Origin: Octopus bimaculoides | Taxonomy: Eukaryota | DNA: 45,437 bases | Direction of reading: 5' to 3' | Assembly (NCBI RefSeq): GCF_001194135.2 | Contig: NC_068984.1 | Coordinates: 122,404,078 to 122,449,514 of the forward strand | Part shown: piece by piece, positions 23,267 to 34,408 of the stretch | How positions within the stretch are numbered: position 1 is the first letter of the stretch | Layout of the letters: each line of letters begins with the position of its first letter | The notes under the pieces: model-generated | Told to the model about the DNA's origin: nothing | Database searches by the model: none | The model's input: the letters and a program-made list of their open reading frames with translations, nothing else | Program-made: the position numbers and the translations under genes

Positions 23267-23475
23267 CAAATATAATGTTTGCAGAACAGTGAAAATATGC
23301 AAAACTTTTCTGAAGTTCAAAATGTGAAACTGTTTTTGTTACCTGCGTTCGGATGATGGAGTATTGTATCTTTGTTGAAAACCAGCTTCTTCCTTGCAAG
23401 AAGAATTCAAATAATTATGAATTAAAGAGAATATATATAATTACATATATATTTTCTCTTTTATTTATAATTACC

Positions 23476-23549
<74 letters not shown>

Positions 23550-23812
23550 AATATATGTGTGTGTATGTGTATGTATGCATATGTATATGTGTGTATATAT
23601 ATATGTGTGTGTGTGTGTGTATATATAAGAACAAAGAGTTATTATGATGTACAAATAGATGTATAAAGCCACTAGTCATGCTTTTTTCTTATATGTATGT
23701 TTATATGTGTGTGTGTAAGTGTGTGTGTACGCGTAAGCGGATGTGCGTATTATACGTATGTAATGCGTATGTGTGTATATATACGTGCGTGTATATATAC
23801 ATATGCATATAG

Positions 23813-23873
<61 letters not shown>

Positions 23874-24932
23874 ATTGGAATGTTTTTGTTTTGAAGTGCC
23901 CCGTAATCTCTCACAAGAGTATCAAAACATGTCAGTTCGTGCCTGTGTCTCATTCTCAGGAGTTCTTCGATATCAGGTGTGATAGTGTGTCTGTGTAAAT
24001 ATATATATGTGTGTGTGTGTATGTGTGTGTGTCTGTGCTTGTGTGTATGATTGTATATGCTGCGAGTGTCTGTGCGTTGTTTCAGACAAAATGTCTGTGA
24101 CTTTGCTATCTTTATAGTTCAGTTAGCAGCACCGTGATGTGAGAAGACAGAATATCCTAGAACCAGATGTCGAGCCGTTTAAGTAGTGGTGTCAGCCCGA
24201 TAAATCACATTCCAACGCAGGAAACACACACTCACGCACGCACGCACGCATGCATATACACACACACACACGTACACACACACATACACACACCCACATA
24301 CACACTCACGACATATACACAACCGCACACATTCACACATTGCCAATAGCGACAACCACTAATAATACCACCGATACCTTCACCACCAACTCCAAAACAC
24401 CTATACCACCACTACCGCAGCCACCACTACTACCACCACCACCACAACCGCCAACGCCACCACAAACACCACCACAACCACTTTGACCACCGACACCACC
24501 ACCACCACCACCAGTACCACCACCTAGACTACCACCAACGCCACCGGAACCGCCGACACCACCACCACTGTCACCACCTCAGCCGCCGTCGCAAGCACTT
24601 CGACCATCACCATCAGCAATAACTCTAGCACTACCACAGTCACAACTATTATTCTCCCACTTACAGCGACAATCGGAGCAACCTATGCGTGGTCGTTAGA
24701 TCTACTAGAAGTAGCTACTAAAATTTCCTCAAATTACACCTTATCACCTGAAGAAATAGAACATACGGGCTCACACAAACTACGCACACACACACCCACC
24801 CACACACACACTCGCATTTACACACATTCACACATACACACTTTGGTAGAGTTTGGTTTTCTTCATAGGTAACCTAATTAGGCTTAGATAATGTTGAGAT
24901 ATTGGTGTCTAGTTTGGGGAAATGGCATACCA

Positions 24933-25134
24933 TTAGGTTGGTGCACAATTATTGCGGTTTTTTCTTCAATAAATTTTTTTCAACAAAACACAATAACAAC
25001 ATTTAACAAAAACATCTTTAAATGATTATTCCGGAGCATATTCACCATCTACTTCAATTTCTGCTTGGCATTTTGTTTAAATTTTTTGTTGAATAAAATT
25101 TATTGAAAAAAAGTCACAATAATTATGCACCAAC

Positions 25135-25138
<4 letters not shown>
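24933..25138 (-). mobile_element. Mariner internal-deletion derivative / MITE with Hsmar1-like TIRs
   Basis: TTAGGTTGGTGCACAATTATTGCGG at the left and its near reverse complement at the right (imperfect IR about 55-60 bp). The interior retains the transposase C-terminus KCQAEIEVDGEYAPE* on the minus strand. Confidence 0.9.
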
Positions 25139-25165
<27 letters not shown>

Positions 25166-25609
25166 GGAACAACTAGTACATGNNNNNNNNNNNNNNNNNN
25201 NNNNNNNNNNNNNNNNNNNNNNNNNNNNNNNNNNNNNNNNNNNNNNNNNNNNNNNNNNNNNNNNNNNNNNNNNNNNNNNNNNNNNNNNNNNNNNNNNNNN
25301 NNNNNNNNNNNNNNNNNNNNNNNNNNNNNNNNNNNNNNNNNNNNNNNNNNNNNNNNNNNNNNNNNNNNNNNNNNNNNNNNNNNNNNNNNNNNNNNNNNNN
25401 NNNNNNNNNNNNNNNNNNNNNNNNNNNNNNNNNNNNNNNNNNNNNNNNNNNNNNNNNNNNNNNNNNNNNNNNNNNNNNNNNNNNNNNNNNNNNNNNNNNN
25501 NNNNNNNNNNNNNNNNNNNNNNNAAAACACACAAGCCACATAGAGAACATTTTCCTTCATCAGCTACCTCCGTTTTAACACCGGCGTTTCGAAGAGTTGA
25601 TATATATAC

Positions 25610-25642
<33 letters not shown>

Positions 25643-25879
25643 TGTATGTATGTATGTATGTATGTATGTATGTATGTATGTATATAAAGTGATGGCTTGT
25701 TGGCAACTTCATGTGGCAGTCCCAGGAAAGGGAAGAATGTTACTGTTATTTAGCCCAAAGAAATACCGTTTCTAATTGGCTACGTAACTCAAGCGTTTTA
25801 TGTCCTTAAGTTTTCAATATATATATGTATATATAATTAGAGATAGATAGATATGTGCGTGTGTGTGTACTATGCATGC

Positions 25880-26075
25880 ATCTATTTGTTTTGTGTTTGT
25901 CCCCCATCACCGCTTGACAATCGGTGTTGGTTAGTTTACATTCTAGTAATTTCGCAGTTCGACAAGATAAGCACTTACAAATAAGTACTGGGGTATTTGT
26001 TCGATCAAACTCTTGTGAGCGGTGCCCTAGTATGGCCGCAGTCCAATGATGTAAACTAGTAAATGATGAAAGATT
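25880..26075 (+). mobile_element. SINE family A, tail half
   Basis: TTTGTCCCCCATCACCGCTTGACAA...GGTGCCCTAGTATGGCCGCAGTC matches the family A tail. Confidence 0.8.
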
Positions 26076-26092
26076 ATTAGCTTGGTGTTTGA

Positions 26093-26310
26093 AAGCAGCG
26101 AACTGGCAGAATTGTTAGCATGCCGGACAAAATGCTTAACCACATTCCGTCCGTCTTTACCTTCCGCGTCCAAATTCTGCCGAGGTCGACTTTACTCTTC
26201 ATCCTTTCGGGGTCGCTGAAATAAGTACCTGTCGAGCACTGGGGTCAATGTAGCCGACAGCCCACTTCCCCCGAAATTTCAAGCCGCGTGCCCTAAAGTA
26301 GAAAAGATAT
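26093..26310 (+). mobile_element. SINE family D, full length
   Basis: GCAGCGAACTGGCAGAATTGTTAGC head and GAGGTCGACTTTACTCTTCATCCTTTCGGGGTCG central domain. Confidence 0.88.
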
Positions 26311-27319
26311 AATCGACTAACCCACTCCCTGAAAATTACTGGTTTTGTGCTAAGATGTGACAAATATTAATGTGGTGTTTGGAATATAAATTAGCATGAA
26401 ATTCAGATGGACGGTTATAATTAAGAGCTTCTTGGAGTTGAAAGTTTGTATTATAAAACCTGGGGCTTTTTCAGGCAGTTTGGTATCAGAAGAGTTCCTC
26501 ATTGCTTAACTATCTTACAGTTAGAAATGAACCCTTCCAGCATAAATGTGTGTGTGTGTGTGTGTGTGTGTGNNNNNNNNNNNNNNNNNNNNNNNNNNNN
26601 NNNNNNNNNNNNNNNNNNNNNNNNNNNNNNNNNNNNNNNNNNNNNNNNNNNNNNNNNNNNNNNNNNNNNNNNNNNNNNNNNNNNNNNNNNNNNNNNNNNN
26701 NNNNNNNNNNNNNNNNNNNNNNNNNNNNNNNNNNNNNNNNNNNNNNNNNNNNNNNNNNNNNNNNNNNNNNNNNNNNNNNNNNNNNNNNNNNNNNNNNNNN
26801 NNNNNNNNNNNNNNNNNNNNNNNNNNNNNNNNNNNNNNNNNNNNNNNNNNNNNNNNNNNNNNNNNNNNNNNNNNNNNNNNNNNNNNNNNNNNNNNNNNNN
26901 NNNNNNNNNNNNNNNNNNNNNNNNNNNNNNNNNNNNNNNNNNNNNNNNNNNNNNNNNNNNNNNNNNNNNNNNNNNNNNNNNNNNNNNNNNNNNNNNNNNN
27001 NNNNNNNNNNNNNNNNNNNNNNNNNNNNNNNNNNNNNNNNNNNNNNNNNNNNNNNNNNNNNNNNNNNNNNNNNNNNNNNNNNNNNNNNNNNNNNNNNNNN
27101 NNNNNNNNNNNNNNNNNNNNNNNNNNNNNNNNNNNNNNNNNNNNNNNNNNNNNNNNNNNNNNNNNNNNNNNNNNNNNNNNNNNNNNNNNNNNNNNNNNNN
27201 NNNNNNNNNNNNNNNNNNNNNNNNNNNNNNNNNNNNNNNNNNNNNNNNNNNNNNNNNNNNNNNNNNNNNNNNNNNNNNNNNNNNNNNNNNNNNNNNNNNN
27301 NNNNNNNNNNNNNNNNNNN

Positions 27320-27360
<41 letters not shown>

Positions 27361-27489
27361 TAGTAATAACATCCGTGTTTGGGTGGGGATCCTGTAGTTA
27401 TATATGGTTTCCGTATTATTAAGCATACATTATTCTATCTTAAGATAACATATTTTCTCTTAAATGCATGTAATATTCGTAATATAACA

Positions 27490-27787
27490 TGTAATGGAAA
27501 GTTAGAAATTACCCGTACTCTCGGTTTGGCCTTGATCGCTACTGTTTTCTTTCTTGTGTTACAGAGTAAACATGGCCGCTCCACTGGAAGTGTTCACCAA
27601 GGAAGAACAGAGATCAGTGATCTGAGTTCTCTGGTCTGAAGGCATGTCATTCATTGCAGGGTTTCAGTACGATACGGGGACAGCGCTCTACTGAGTAGAA
27701 GTGGGTATGAGTGGATCGAGAAGTTGAAAACGGCCAGACAAGCGCGAAGCACGAAAAGGAAGCAGGACGCTAATCAACCGCCACAAC
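27490..27787 (+). pseudogene. Mariner transposase 5' remnant
   Basis: From ATG 27572: MAAPLEVFTKEEQRSVI*VLWSEG...RYGDSAL..RSGYEWIEK, the typical mariner N-terminal HTH region. Truncated by a SINE A tail. Confidence 0.85.
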
Positions 27788-27789
27788 AT

Positions 27790-27911
27790 CTTCTTTTCCT
27801 TGTTTCAGTCATTTGACTGCGGCCATGCTGGAGCACCACCTTTAGTCGAACAAATCGCCCCAGGCTTTATTCTTTGTAAGCCCAGTATTTATTTTATCGG
27901 TCTTTTTGGCC
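27790..27911 (-). mobile_element. SINE family A tail running into a gap
   Basis: TTGTTTCAGTCATTTGACTGCGGCCATGCTGGAGCACCACC is the reverse complement of the A tail. Confidence 0.85.
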
Positions 27912-27998
27912 NNNNNNNNNNNNNNNNNNNNNNNNNNNNNNNNNNNNNNNNNNNNNNNNNNNNNNNNNNNNNNNNNNNNNNNNNNNNNNNNNNNNNNN

Positions 27999-28040
<42 letters not shown>

Positions 28041-28063
28041 TAATTAAACACAAAAAAATCTTC

Positions 28064-28346
28064 AGTTCTATATTTAAGAGATGAGGAATTATTTACATTA
28101 TTTACAATTGACGAATATTTATCCTCATCTTGTTTGGTGTTAACACAACGTTTCGGCTGATATAACCTCCAACTTTCATCAGGTGTCTTGGGGAAATTTC
28201 GAACCTGGGTTCTCATTCCTAAGGCATTATTCGATGTTATTATTATTACTATTATTATTATTATTATTATTCAGGTCACTGCCTGGAATCGAACTCGTAA
28301 TCTTGGGGTTAGTAGCCCGCGTTCTTAACCACTACGCCATATGCCC
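28064..28346 (-). mobile_element. Family E: tRNA-headed SINE-like element with (TAA)n spacer and hammerhead-containing tail
   Basis: Head 28346-28274 has A box TGGCGTAGTGG and B box GAGTTCGATTCC, followed by (TAA)n and a ~175-bp tail. No T4 run inside; a T7 run follows at 28058-28052. Confidence 0.85.
28142..28187 (-). ncRNA. Minimal type I hammerhead ribozyme, stem II partly mutated
   Basis: GACAC-CTGATGA-A-AGTTG-GAGGTTATAT-CAGCC-GAAA-CGTT-GTGTT. Confidence 0.7.
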
Positions 28347-28365
28347 AATAAAAATAATGATGATG

Positions 28366-28434
<69 letters not shown>

Positions 28435-28610
28435 TCGAAAAATACCTTAGGAATACCCAGGTTCAAAATTTCCCCAAGACACCTGATGAAGGCTGGAGGG
28501 TATATCAGCCGAAACGTTGTGTTAACAACAAACAAGATGAGAACAAATATCCGTCAATTGTAGATCATGTAAATAATGTACATAATTCCTCATCTGTTAA
28601 ATATAGAACT
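28347..28610 (+). mobile_element. Family E, inverted headless copy: (AAT)n plus tail
   Basis: 28433-28610 is the reverse complement of 28064-28236 with about 12 substitutions and two indels. Both arms end at AAATATAGAACT. Confidence 0.9.
28478..28523 (+). ncRNA. Minimal type I hammerhead ribozyme, structurally intact
   Basis: Stem I GACAC/GTGTT, core CTGATGA (28483-28489), stem II GGCTG/CAGCC, GAAA (28511-28514), loopless palindromic ACGT stem III and GUU triplet. Predicted cut between 28518 and 28519. Confidence 0.85.
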
Positions 28611-29129
28611 ATATTATCTAATCGGTACGGAGCCGACATTAGACTTCAATGGAGACATAAAGAGAAACTCCATCAAAAACAAAAATCTTGTTTTAAAAAA
28701 TGAGATTTGTATATGCCTGATGTAAGAAAGTTTTCATGTAAGCGCTTTTAGCTGTTCTCAGTTTTTCAGATACACGTGTGTTTGGAAAGCTGACAATAAC
28801 GAAAGGAAATTATGCATACATATGTATGTATGAGTATACGTACATGCGCACAAACATATACATCTGCACACGCGTAATGGGCGTCCACAGTTTCCGTCAG
28901 CCCAAATTCTTCTCTTGACATTTGCTCAAAACGAAGCATAGTGGGATGGAAACCGGAGCCACATGCCAATCAAACATCCATCTGAATCACATACTCATGC
29001 CGTGAGCCTACCTCTTGTCCTACGTTCTTCTTCGCTCAGATTCCTAAGACATCTAATACAGACATGTATTGATAAACCCCGCCCTTTCAATTAGTAATTC
29101 TACACCAGTTCTGATAAACTGAGGTCTTT

Positions 29130-29620
29130 TTACAGGTAGTGGTGATGGTGGTGGTGGTGGTGGTAATGAGAATGATGATGGTAGTAAGATGGTGTCAGTG
29201 GTGTCAGTAGTTGTGGTGGTGATGGAAGAGGGTGGTGGTGGTGGTGGTGGTGATCGTAGTAGTGATGGTAGTGATGGTGGTTGTCATGGTGGTGGTGGTG
29301 GTGGTGGTGGTGATGGTGACGATGGTAGTGGTGGTGGTGATGATGGTGGTGGTTGTAGTGGCGGTGGTATCGGTTGTCGTAACGGTGAGATGATGGTGGC
29401 GGTGGTGGTAGTAGTAGTAGTGATGATTGTAGTGGTGGTGGTGGTGGCGGTGATAGTGGTGATGGAAGTGGTGGCAATTGTGATGATGATGATGGAGATA
29501 ACGCCGATAATAGTTCTAACGTTGATAGAAGCGATTGTAGTATTGGCTATGATAATAGTGGTGGTGTTGATATTGATGTTAGTGTTGGTAATGGTGATAG
29601 TGGTGGTGGTGGTGGTGGTT
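29130..29620. repeat. Compound (GGT/GAT/GTA)n low-complexity tract
   Basis: Directly visible. Confidence 0.9.
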
Positions 29621-29664
29621 AGCTCCAGATCAACCTACACCGTCCATAAAGATCTATCTTCTAC

Positions 29665-29860
29665 CTTCTTCTGGTTTCAGTCATTGGATTGCAGCCATAC
29701 CGGGGCACCGCTTTGAAGGGTTTTAGTCGAAAAAAAAAACGACTCCAGAACATATTAAAAAAAAAAAAAGTCCGCTACTTAATCGGGTGCTTTTGCAGAA
29801 CTGTTAGTTTATGGGAACGTAAACAAACCAGCACCGGTTGTCAACTGGTGACAAACACAA
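29665..29860 (-). mobile_element. SINE family A, tail half
   Basis: GTTTCAGTCATTGGATTGCAGCCATACCGGGGCACCGC and CACCGGTTGTCAA match family A. Confidence 0.75.
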
Positions 29861-29935
29861 ACACAAAGCCACGCACGCATAGACATACACGCATACATAC
29901 ACACACATACATACATGCATACATACATACATACA

Positions 29936-29966
<31 letters not shown>

Positions 29967-30559
29967 GCATGCATCTAAAACGCATCCATAAAACAAACAT
30001 ACAAATCTGCGCATACACTAACACCAAATACTGCACACACACACACATATGCACAAATACCTAGATGATGTTGATAAAGGTTCCAATGAAGGAGCCTTGA
30101 ATCTATGTTAGAGTCCGGCTCTTTCTCTATGGACAAGAAATACAGAAATGAAACTGATTGATAATATACATACATACATACATACATACATACAAACATA
30201 CATACATACATACATACATACATACATACATACATACATACGTTCTTTTCTGTTAAGTAGATGATAGTGATTGTTACTGTTGCTATTACTGTTGCTTCCA
30301 CTGCTGCTGCTGCTGCTGCTGCTTGTGGTGTTGTTGTTGGTGGTGGTTAACTCCAGGTCTTGAAGACCTATGATGAAAAATATTCTTTCGGCCGTAACCA
30401 TCTGGCATCCCCAGGGATATATGCAGGGAACTTAAGCCCACTAGGGTGTGCGTTTTAGGGAAATCTGGTGATTATTTCTAGCAGATCGAGTGATCACATA
30501 GAGGCTCCTTCGTTGGTGGGTGGAGTTAGTGATTATAATGGTGATGATAAGTTTTGTGT

Positions 30560-30627
30560 GTTGTGGTAGTGGTTATTGTGGTGGTTTTGATGGTGGTGTA
30601 TCTGGTGGTGATAGCAGTAGTAGTAGT

Positions 30628-30683
<56 letters not shown>

Positions 30684-30695
30684 CAGCAGCAGCAT

Positions 30696-30734
<39 letters not shown>

Positions 30735-30745
30735 CAGCGGCAGAG

Positions 30746-30809
<64 letters not shown>

Positions 30810-30884
30810 CAGCAGCAGCATTAGTNNNNNNNNNNNNNNNNNNNNNNNNNNNNNNNNNNNNNNNNNNATAGCAGTAGTAGTAGT

Positions 30885-30951
<67 letters not shown>

Positions 30952-31088
30952 TGTAATATGGCAGAGATGATGGGAGGGCAAGCAGAGGACTTTTGAAACC
31001 GCTCATTTCGTGACATTTGGAGTTAAATATCATGCAGACAACTGCGTGCTTTAATAGTGAATGGGTTAATAACTGCAACACCACCACC

Positions 31089-31120
<32 letters not shown>

Positions 31121-31375
31121 CAACAACAACAAACCCCATGAAAACAAAAATAACAATAGTAAGGAAAACAACAAACAGACAAGAAGAGCAACACCACAAA
31201 CAAGAACAGTAATAACAAGGGAGATAACAATAAGAATAATAACAATAATAAAAATAGCAACAACAATAACAAAAACTACAATAATAATAACAATGTGAAT
31301 AGCGAAAACAAGAGGAAGAACAACAGTAACAGCAGCAACAGAAGCAGCAGCAGTAGCAGCAGCAACATGCATTCT
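30560..31375. repeat. (AGT/AGC)n and (CAA/AAT)n microsatellite cluster
   Basis: Directly visible; source of the poly-Ser/Val/Leu/Thr ORFs. Confidence 0.9.
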
Positions 31376-31460
31376 AATAAGCACGAAACGTCAGCAAGGT
31401 AGCCTCTTCTTGGTAGCCTAATGTACGGGAAATAGCAGTCAGTTCTCCCTGAAACGACTC

Positions 31461-31640
31461 GGATTTATCTCCAAGCGGGCAATATAAACAAGAGAGCGTT
31501 TTGCACTAAAATGCCAATATGAGAGTTTCCCTCGTGATAAATACCGCAGTATAGTTTGTTCTAACAGAGCATCCACATTTAAGTGAAGATAAATATTGTA
31601 TCTCGGTATTAATACTGTCTATGTCGTTAATACATATTTC
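31461..31640 (+). repeat. Unclassified dispersed repeat F, copy 2
   Basis: Collinear with 3622-3800. Confidence 0.8.
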
Positions 31641-31769
31641 ATAAAAGATCAGTGGTTTTCAACCATTTTTTAATTGTGAAACCCCTATGGTTGACCTGGG
31701 GTTGAACAGCAACAGTCATAACCACGATGAAGGCACACTCACAGATATGTCTGTGTGTATGTGTAACCG

Positions 31770-31915
31770 ATCTCAGTACTTGATAGGTATTTATTCTATC
31801 GACCTAAGAAGAAATGAAAGGTCAAAACGATCCCAGTGTAAATTGAACCTCAGAACGTAATTAGACACTGCGAAGCATTTAATCTGATGCGTTACCGTTT
31901 CTGCCAGCCCATTTT
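31770..31915 (-). mobile_element. SINE family D, degenerate
   Basis: TTTATTCTATCGACC..GAAATGAAAGGTCAAA..TTGAACCTCAGAACGTAA matches family D. Confidence 0.6.
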
Positions 31916-32189
31916 CAATGAAAATGGTAATGATAATGATAATATTAATACTAGTGATAATGATATTGTTTACTAAGCACTAAAATTTGACAACGATTGC
32001 AAACGATGCAGGGCGATACACTGTAGATTACATAACGTATAAACAAGATAACGATACTATAAATAAAATACAAAACAAATAAAAAAATATAAATATAAAT
32101 AAAGTACAAAACAAAGAAAATAAAAACAAAACAAAGAAAATTTCTCCCACAATTGGTGAGATTTCCCAGAGTTACATATGGAAACTCCA

Positions 32190-32385
32190 GAAAACTGCGG
32201 TCAGCCTGACCTTTAAGGCAAAGTGCCATCTCCCAGTTATCCTTCTCCGATTTTCAGGCGCATGCTCAGAACACGGCTGCTCACCCGGATCATGCTCGCC
32301 ACTTTCATTCACCTTTCAGCAAATTTGCTGGGGGACAGCACCCCACTCGCCACCCTTATCTTTTCCGCCAAGGCCATTACAACAG
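32190..32385 (-). pseudogene. RTE-like AP endonuclease fragment, degenerate
   Basis: Minus translation KVASMIRVSSRVLSMRLKIGEG, then WHFALKVRL, resembles the RVSDRVMSVRLEI...SAYAPQVG block of RTE endonucleases. Confidence 0.55.
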
Positions 32386-32419
32386 ATAAAAACTACCTGC
32401 ATTTCTCCATAATAATTTT

Positions 32420-32560
32420 AAACATAGGTACAAGGCTACAGATTTAGAAGAAAGGATTAAAAGGACCCCAGTACTAGACTGGGATCTATTTGTTGACCCT
32501 GGAAAGAAGAAAAGCAAAACTGATCTTAATGGAATTTGAATCTCAGAATGCAAAAGAAGG
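32420..32560 (-). mobile_element. SINE family D, degenerate
   Basis: AACATAGGTACAAGGC, CCCCAGTACTAGACTGG and GAATTTGAATCTCAGAA match family D. Confidence 0.6.
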
Positions 32561-33869
32561 TAACCAAATAACACGTCGTTGATTGGTTGAAATTACCCAA
32601 ATGCGACAACTTTAACACGTAATACGGAATTTTGTCAAAAACGTTCAGAGTTAACCGTGTTCTACGTGAGAAATTCTACCAGTATTCGAAATTTCAAACT
32701 GCTTAGTTAAAAAAAATAATTAAAAAATCTGTGATTGAGATGGAATAGATCCGACATGAAAATGTCGCCAAGTTACCATCACCACCATCATCACAACTAC
32801 CATCATCAACGCCATCACCACTACCACCATTATATTTTTTTAGATATACAAACAGCTTGTGGCTTACTTTATCGTTGGATCTCTCGATTTTTATTCAGTT
32901 CTCTTTATTTTTTTTTACATTTTTTTTCAATCAATGTTTTATTTAACCACATATAAATTCCTATCCAGTTCTTCCTATTTCTCCATCTGCCATTCTTATT
33001 TTCATGTAATTCAAAACTTTCTGTCTGTCTCTCTCTATCTATCTCTATCCCTCTCTTTCTCTCTTTCTGTCTATCTCTCACTCTCTCTTTCTCTTTCTCC
33101 TTTCTCTCTTTCCCTCTATTTATATCTCTCTCTTTCTCTTTCTCCTTTCTCTCTTTCCCTCTATTTATATCTCTCTCGCCACATCCTCAGCTTCTATTAA
33201 CTCACCCTTAAAGATTCTACTCAAATTTCTAACCTTTCACCTCATCCCTACCACTTTGCCTTATCTCTTAATCTCTACTGCATTTCACTTTTTCTTCATT
33301 TCTTCTCTTTCAAACAGTTTTCCTCTCTGCCCACCCTCCACACTTTCATTCTCTCACTCTCAGGCTCTCTTATTATCCATTTAACTTCCACTCACTTTCT
33401 CATCTTTCATTACTTATTCTTTCTCTCACCTCTATCTTACACTTATATCTATCACCGTACCAAATCTTTTCTCCCCCTCCCTTTCTGTTCTATCACTCTA
33501 TCTTTGTCTCTCATAACCTTTGCTTTTTTTTTTCTCACTCTCTATCACTCACACACACACTTTACTCTTCTCTCACCACTTCTTTTTTCAACCTTCATTC
33601 ATCTGCTTCCACTTCCACTATGCATCCCTATGCATCTCTTCCACGAATGTCTCCCATTCATTCACTTTATGTGAGTGTGTGCATGTATGTGTGTGTGTGA
33701 GTGTGTGTGTATAGAAAGAGAGGGAGAGAGAGAGAGGGGGAGAGAGAGGGAGAATGCTAGATATATAAATATACGTACATATATAGGTTAAAGTAAAAAG
33801 GAGGGGGCAAACAAATTGGCAAGACTTGACAAGGGCACTTAATTTAATTTAGTTATATAAGGAAAAGTA

Positions 33870-34232
33870 GAGATAGTCTCTGACAGCTGTTTCTGGGATA
33901 TCCCAGCATTTGGAACATCGTGCAGAGCGAAGACTCCTTAAGCTGAGTATACCGTTATCGGTGAGAGATAGACAGGAGATAGGTTAAACATATGTAACAG
34001 AGGAATAAAAGTTCCTCATCAATGATAGTTGTTGTGGTTCTTTAAGTCCAGAGAGGGAGGAGATATCCAAATAAGCCCAGATAAATCCAGTGAGATTGGG
34101 TATTCGTTAAGTGAATCCATGATCAGAGAGAATGGTTAGTTAGTAATCCATAGTGAGGGGAAAATGGATGCTAGCAATTCCAAAGTAGGACAAATACTAG
34201 GAAGAGGAAGTACACTCTGGTGGGAGAAAGAC
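33870..34232 (-). mobile_element. Possible highly degenerate CR1/L2-like RT fragment
   Basis: Fragmentary frames (FPHYGL..SWIHLT, AGISQ, LSLLFLI) loosely resemble the region leading to GVPQG. Many stops. Confidence 0.25.
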
Positions 34233-34234
34233 AG

Positions 34235-34310
34235 GGTCGATTCACTCGACTAAAATTCCTCAAAGCACTGCCGCAGTCTAATGATTGAAACGAGTAAAAG
34301 ATAAAAGATA
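34235..34310 (+). mobile_element. SINE family A, extreme 3' end
   Basis: GGGTCGATTCACTCGACTAAAATT...GCCGCAGTCTAATGATTGAAACGAGTAAAAGATAAAAG. Confidence 0.8.
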
Positions 34311-34344
34311 TAATACATATACACACGCGCATTCATGCACTCAG

Positions 34345-34408
<64 letters not shown>

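Larger units (their letters stand above)
21915..23327 (+). pseudogene. R4/Dong-like non-LTR retrotransposon ORF 3' end (CCHC region and restriction-like endonuclease), interrupted by three insertions
   Basis: Joined translation: KRQLCHISLEDSTFVIRSWP / MSSRYYLPI*HD / KDCSVIN..EYIYKY|QYKECWNNIPTKICTKCKHK / KEKESNYGVLFRTLQPLYPDYKFTIIPIIIGALG / LEKLG / VKICKTFLKFKM* (stop 23325-23327). Confidence 0.8.

Noticed and set aside
25550-25600. Minus-strand GAAAC...CTGATGA in permuted (type II-like) hammerhead order
   Set aside because: No convincing stem I, C instead of U at position 16.1 and a weak stem II; it also lies next to a gap. At most a decayed PLE remnant.
27565-27680. Strong-looking splice acceptor TTTCTTGTGTTACAG followed by an ATG
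   Set aside because: The downstream sequence is a mariner transposase N-terminus with an in-frame stop.
28274-28346. Possible genuine tRNA gene
   Set aside because: A and B boxes are present, but the acceptor and anticodon stems do not pair properly and it is fused to a repeat tail, so it is a SINE-type head. The same applies to the heads of families A-D.
32218-32389. Plus-strand His-rich terminal exon candidate (QSAISQLSFSDFQAHAQ...GHYNR*)
   Set aside because: The minus strand is better explained as a degenerate RTE endonuclease, so the plus frame is probably incidental.
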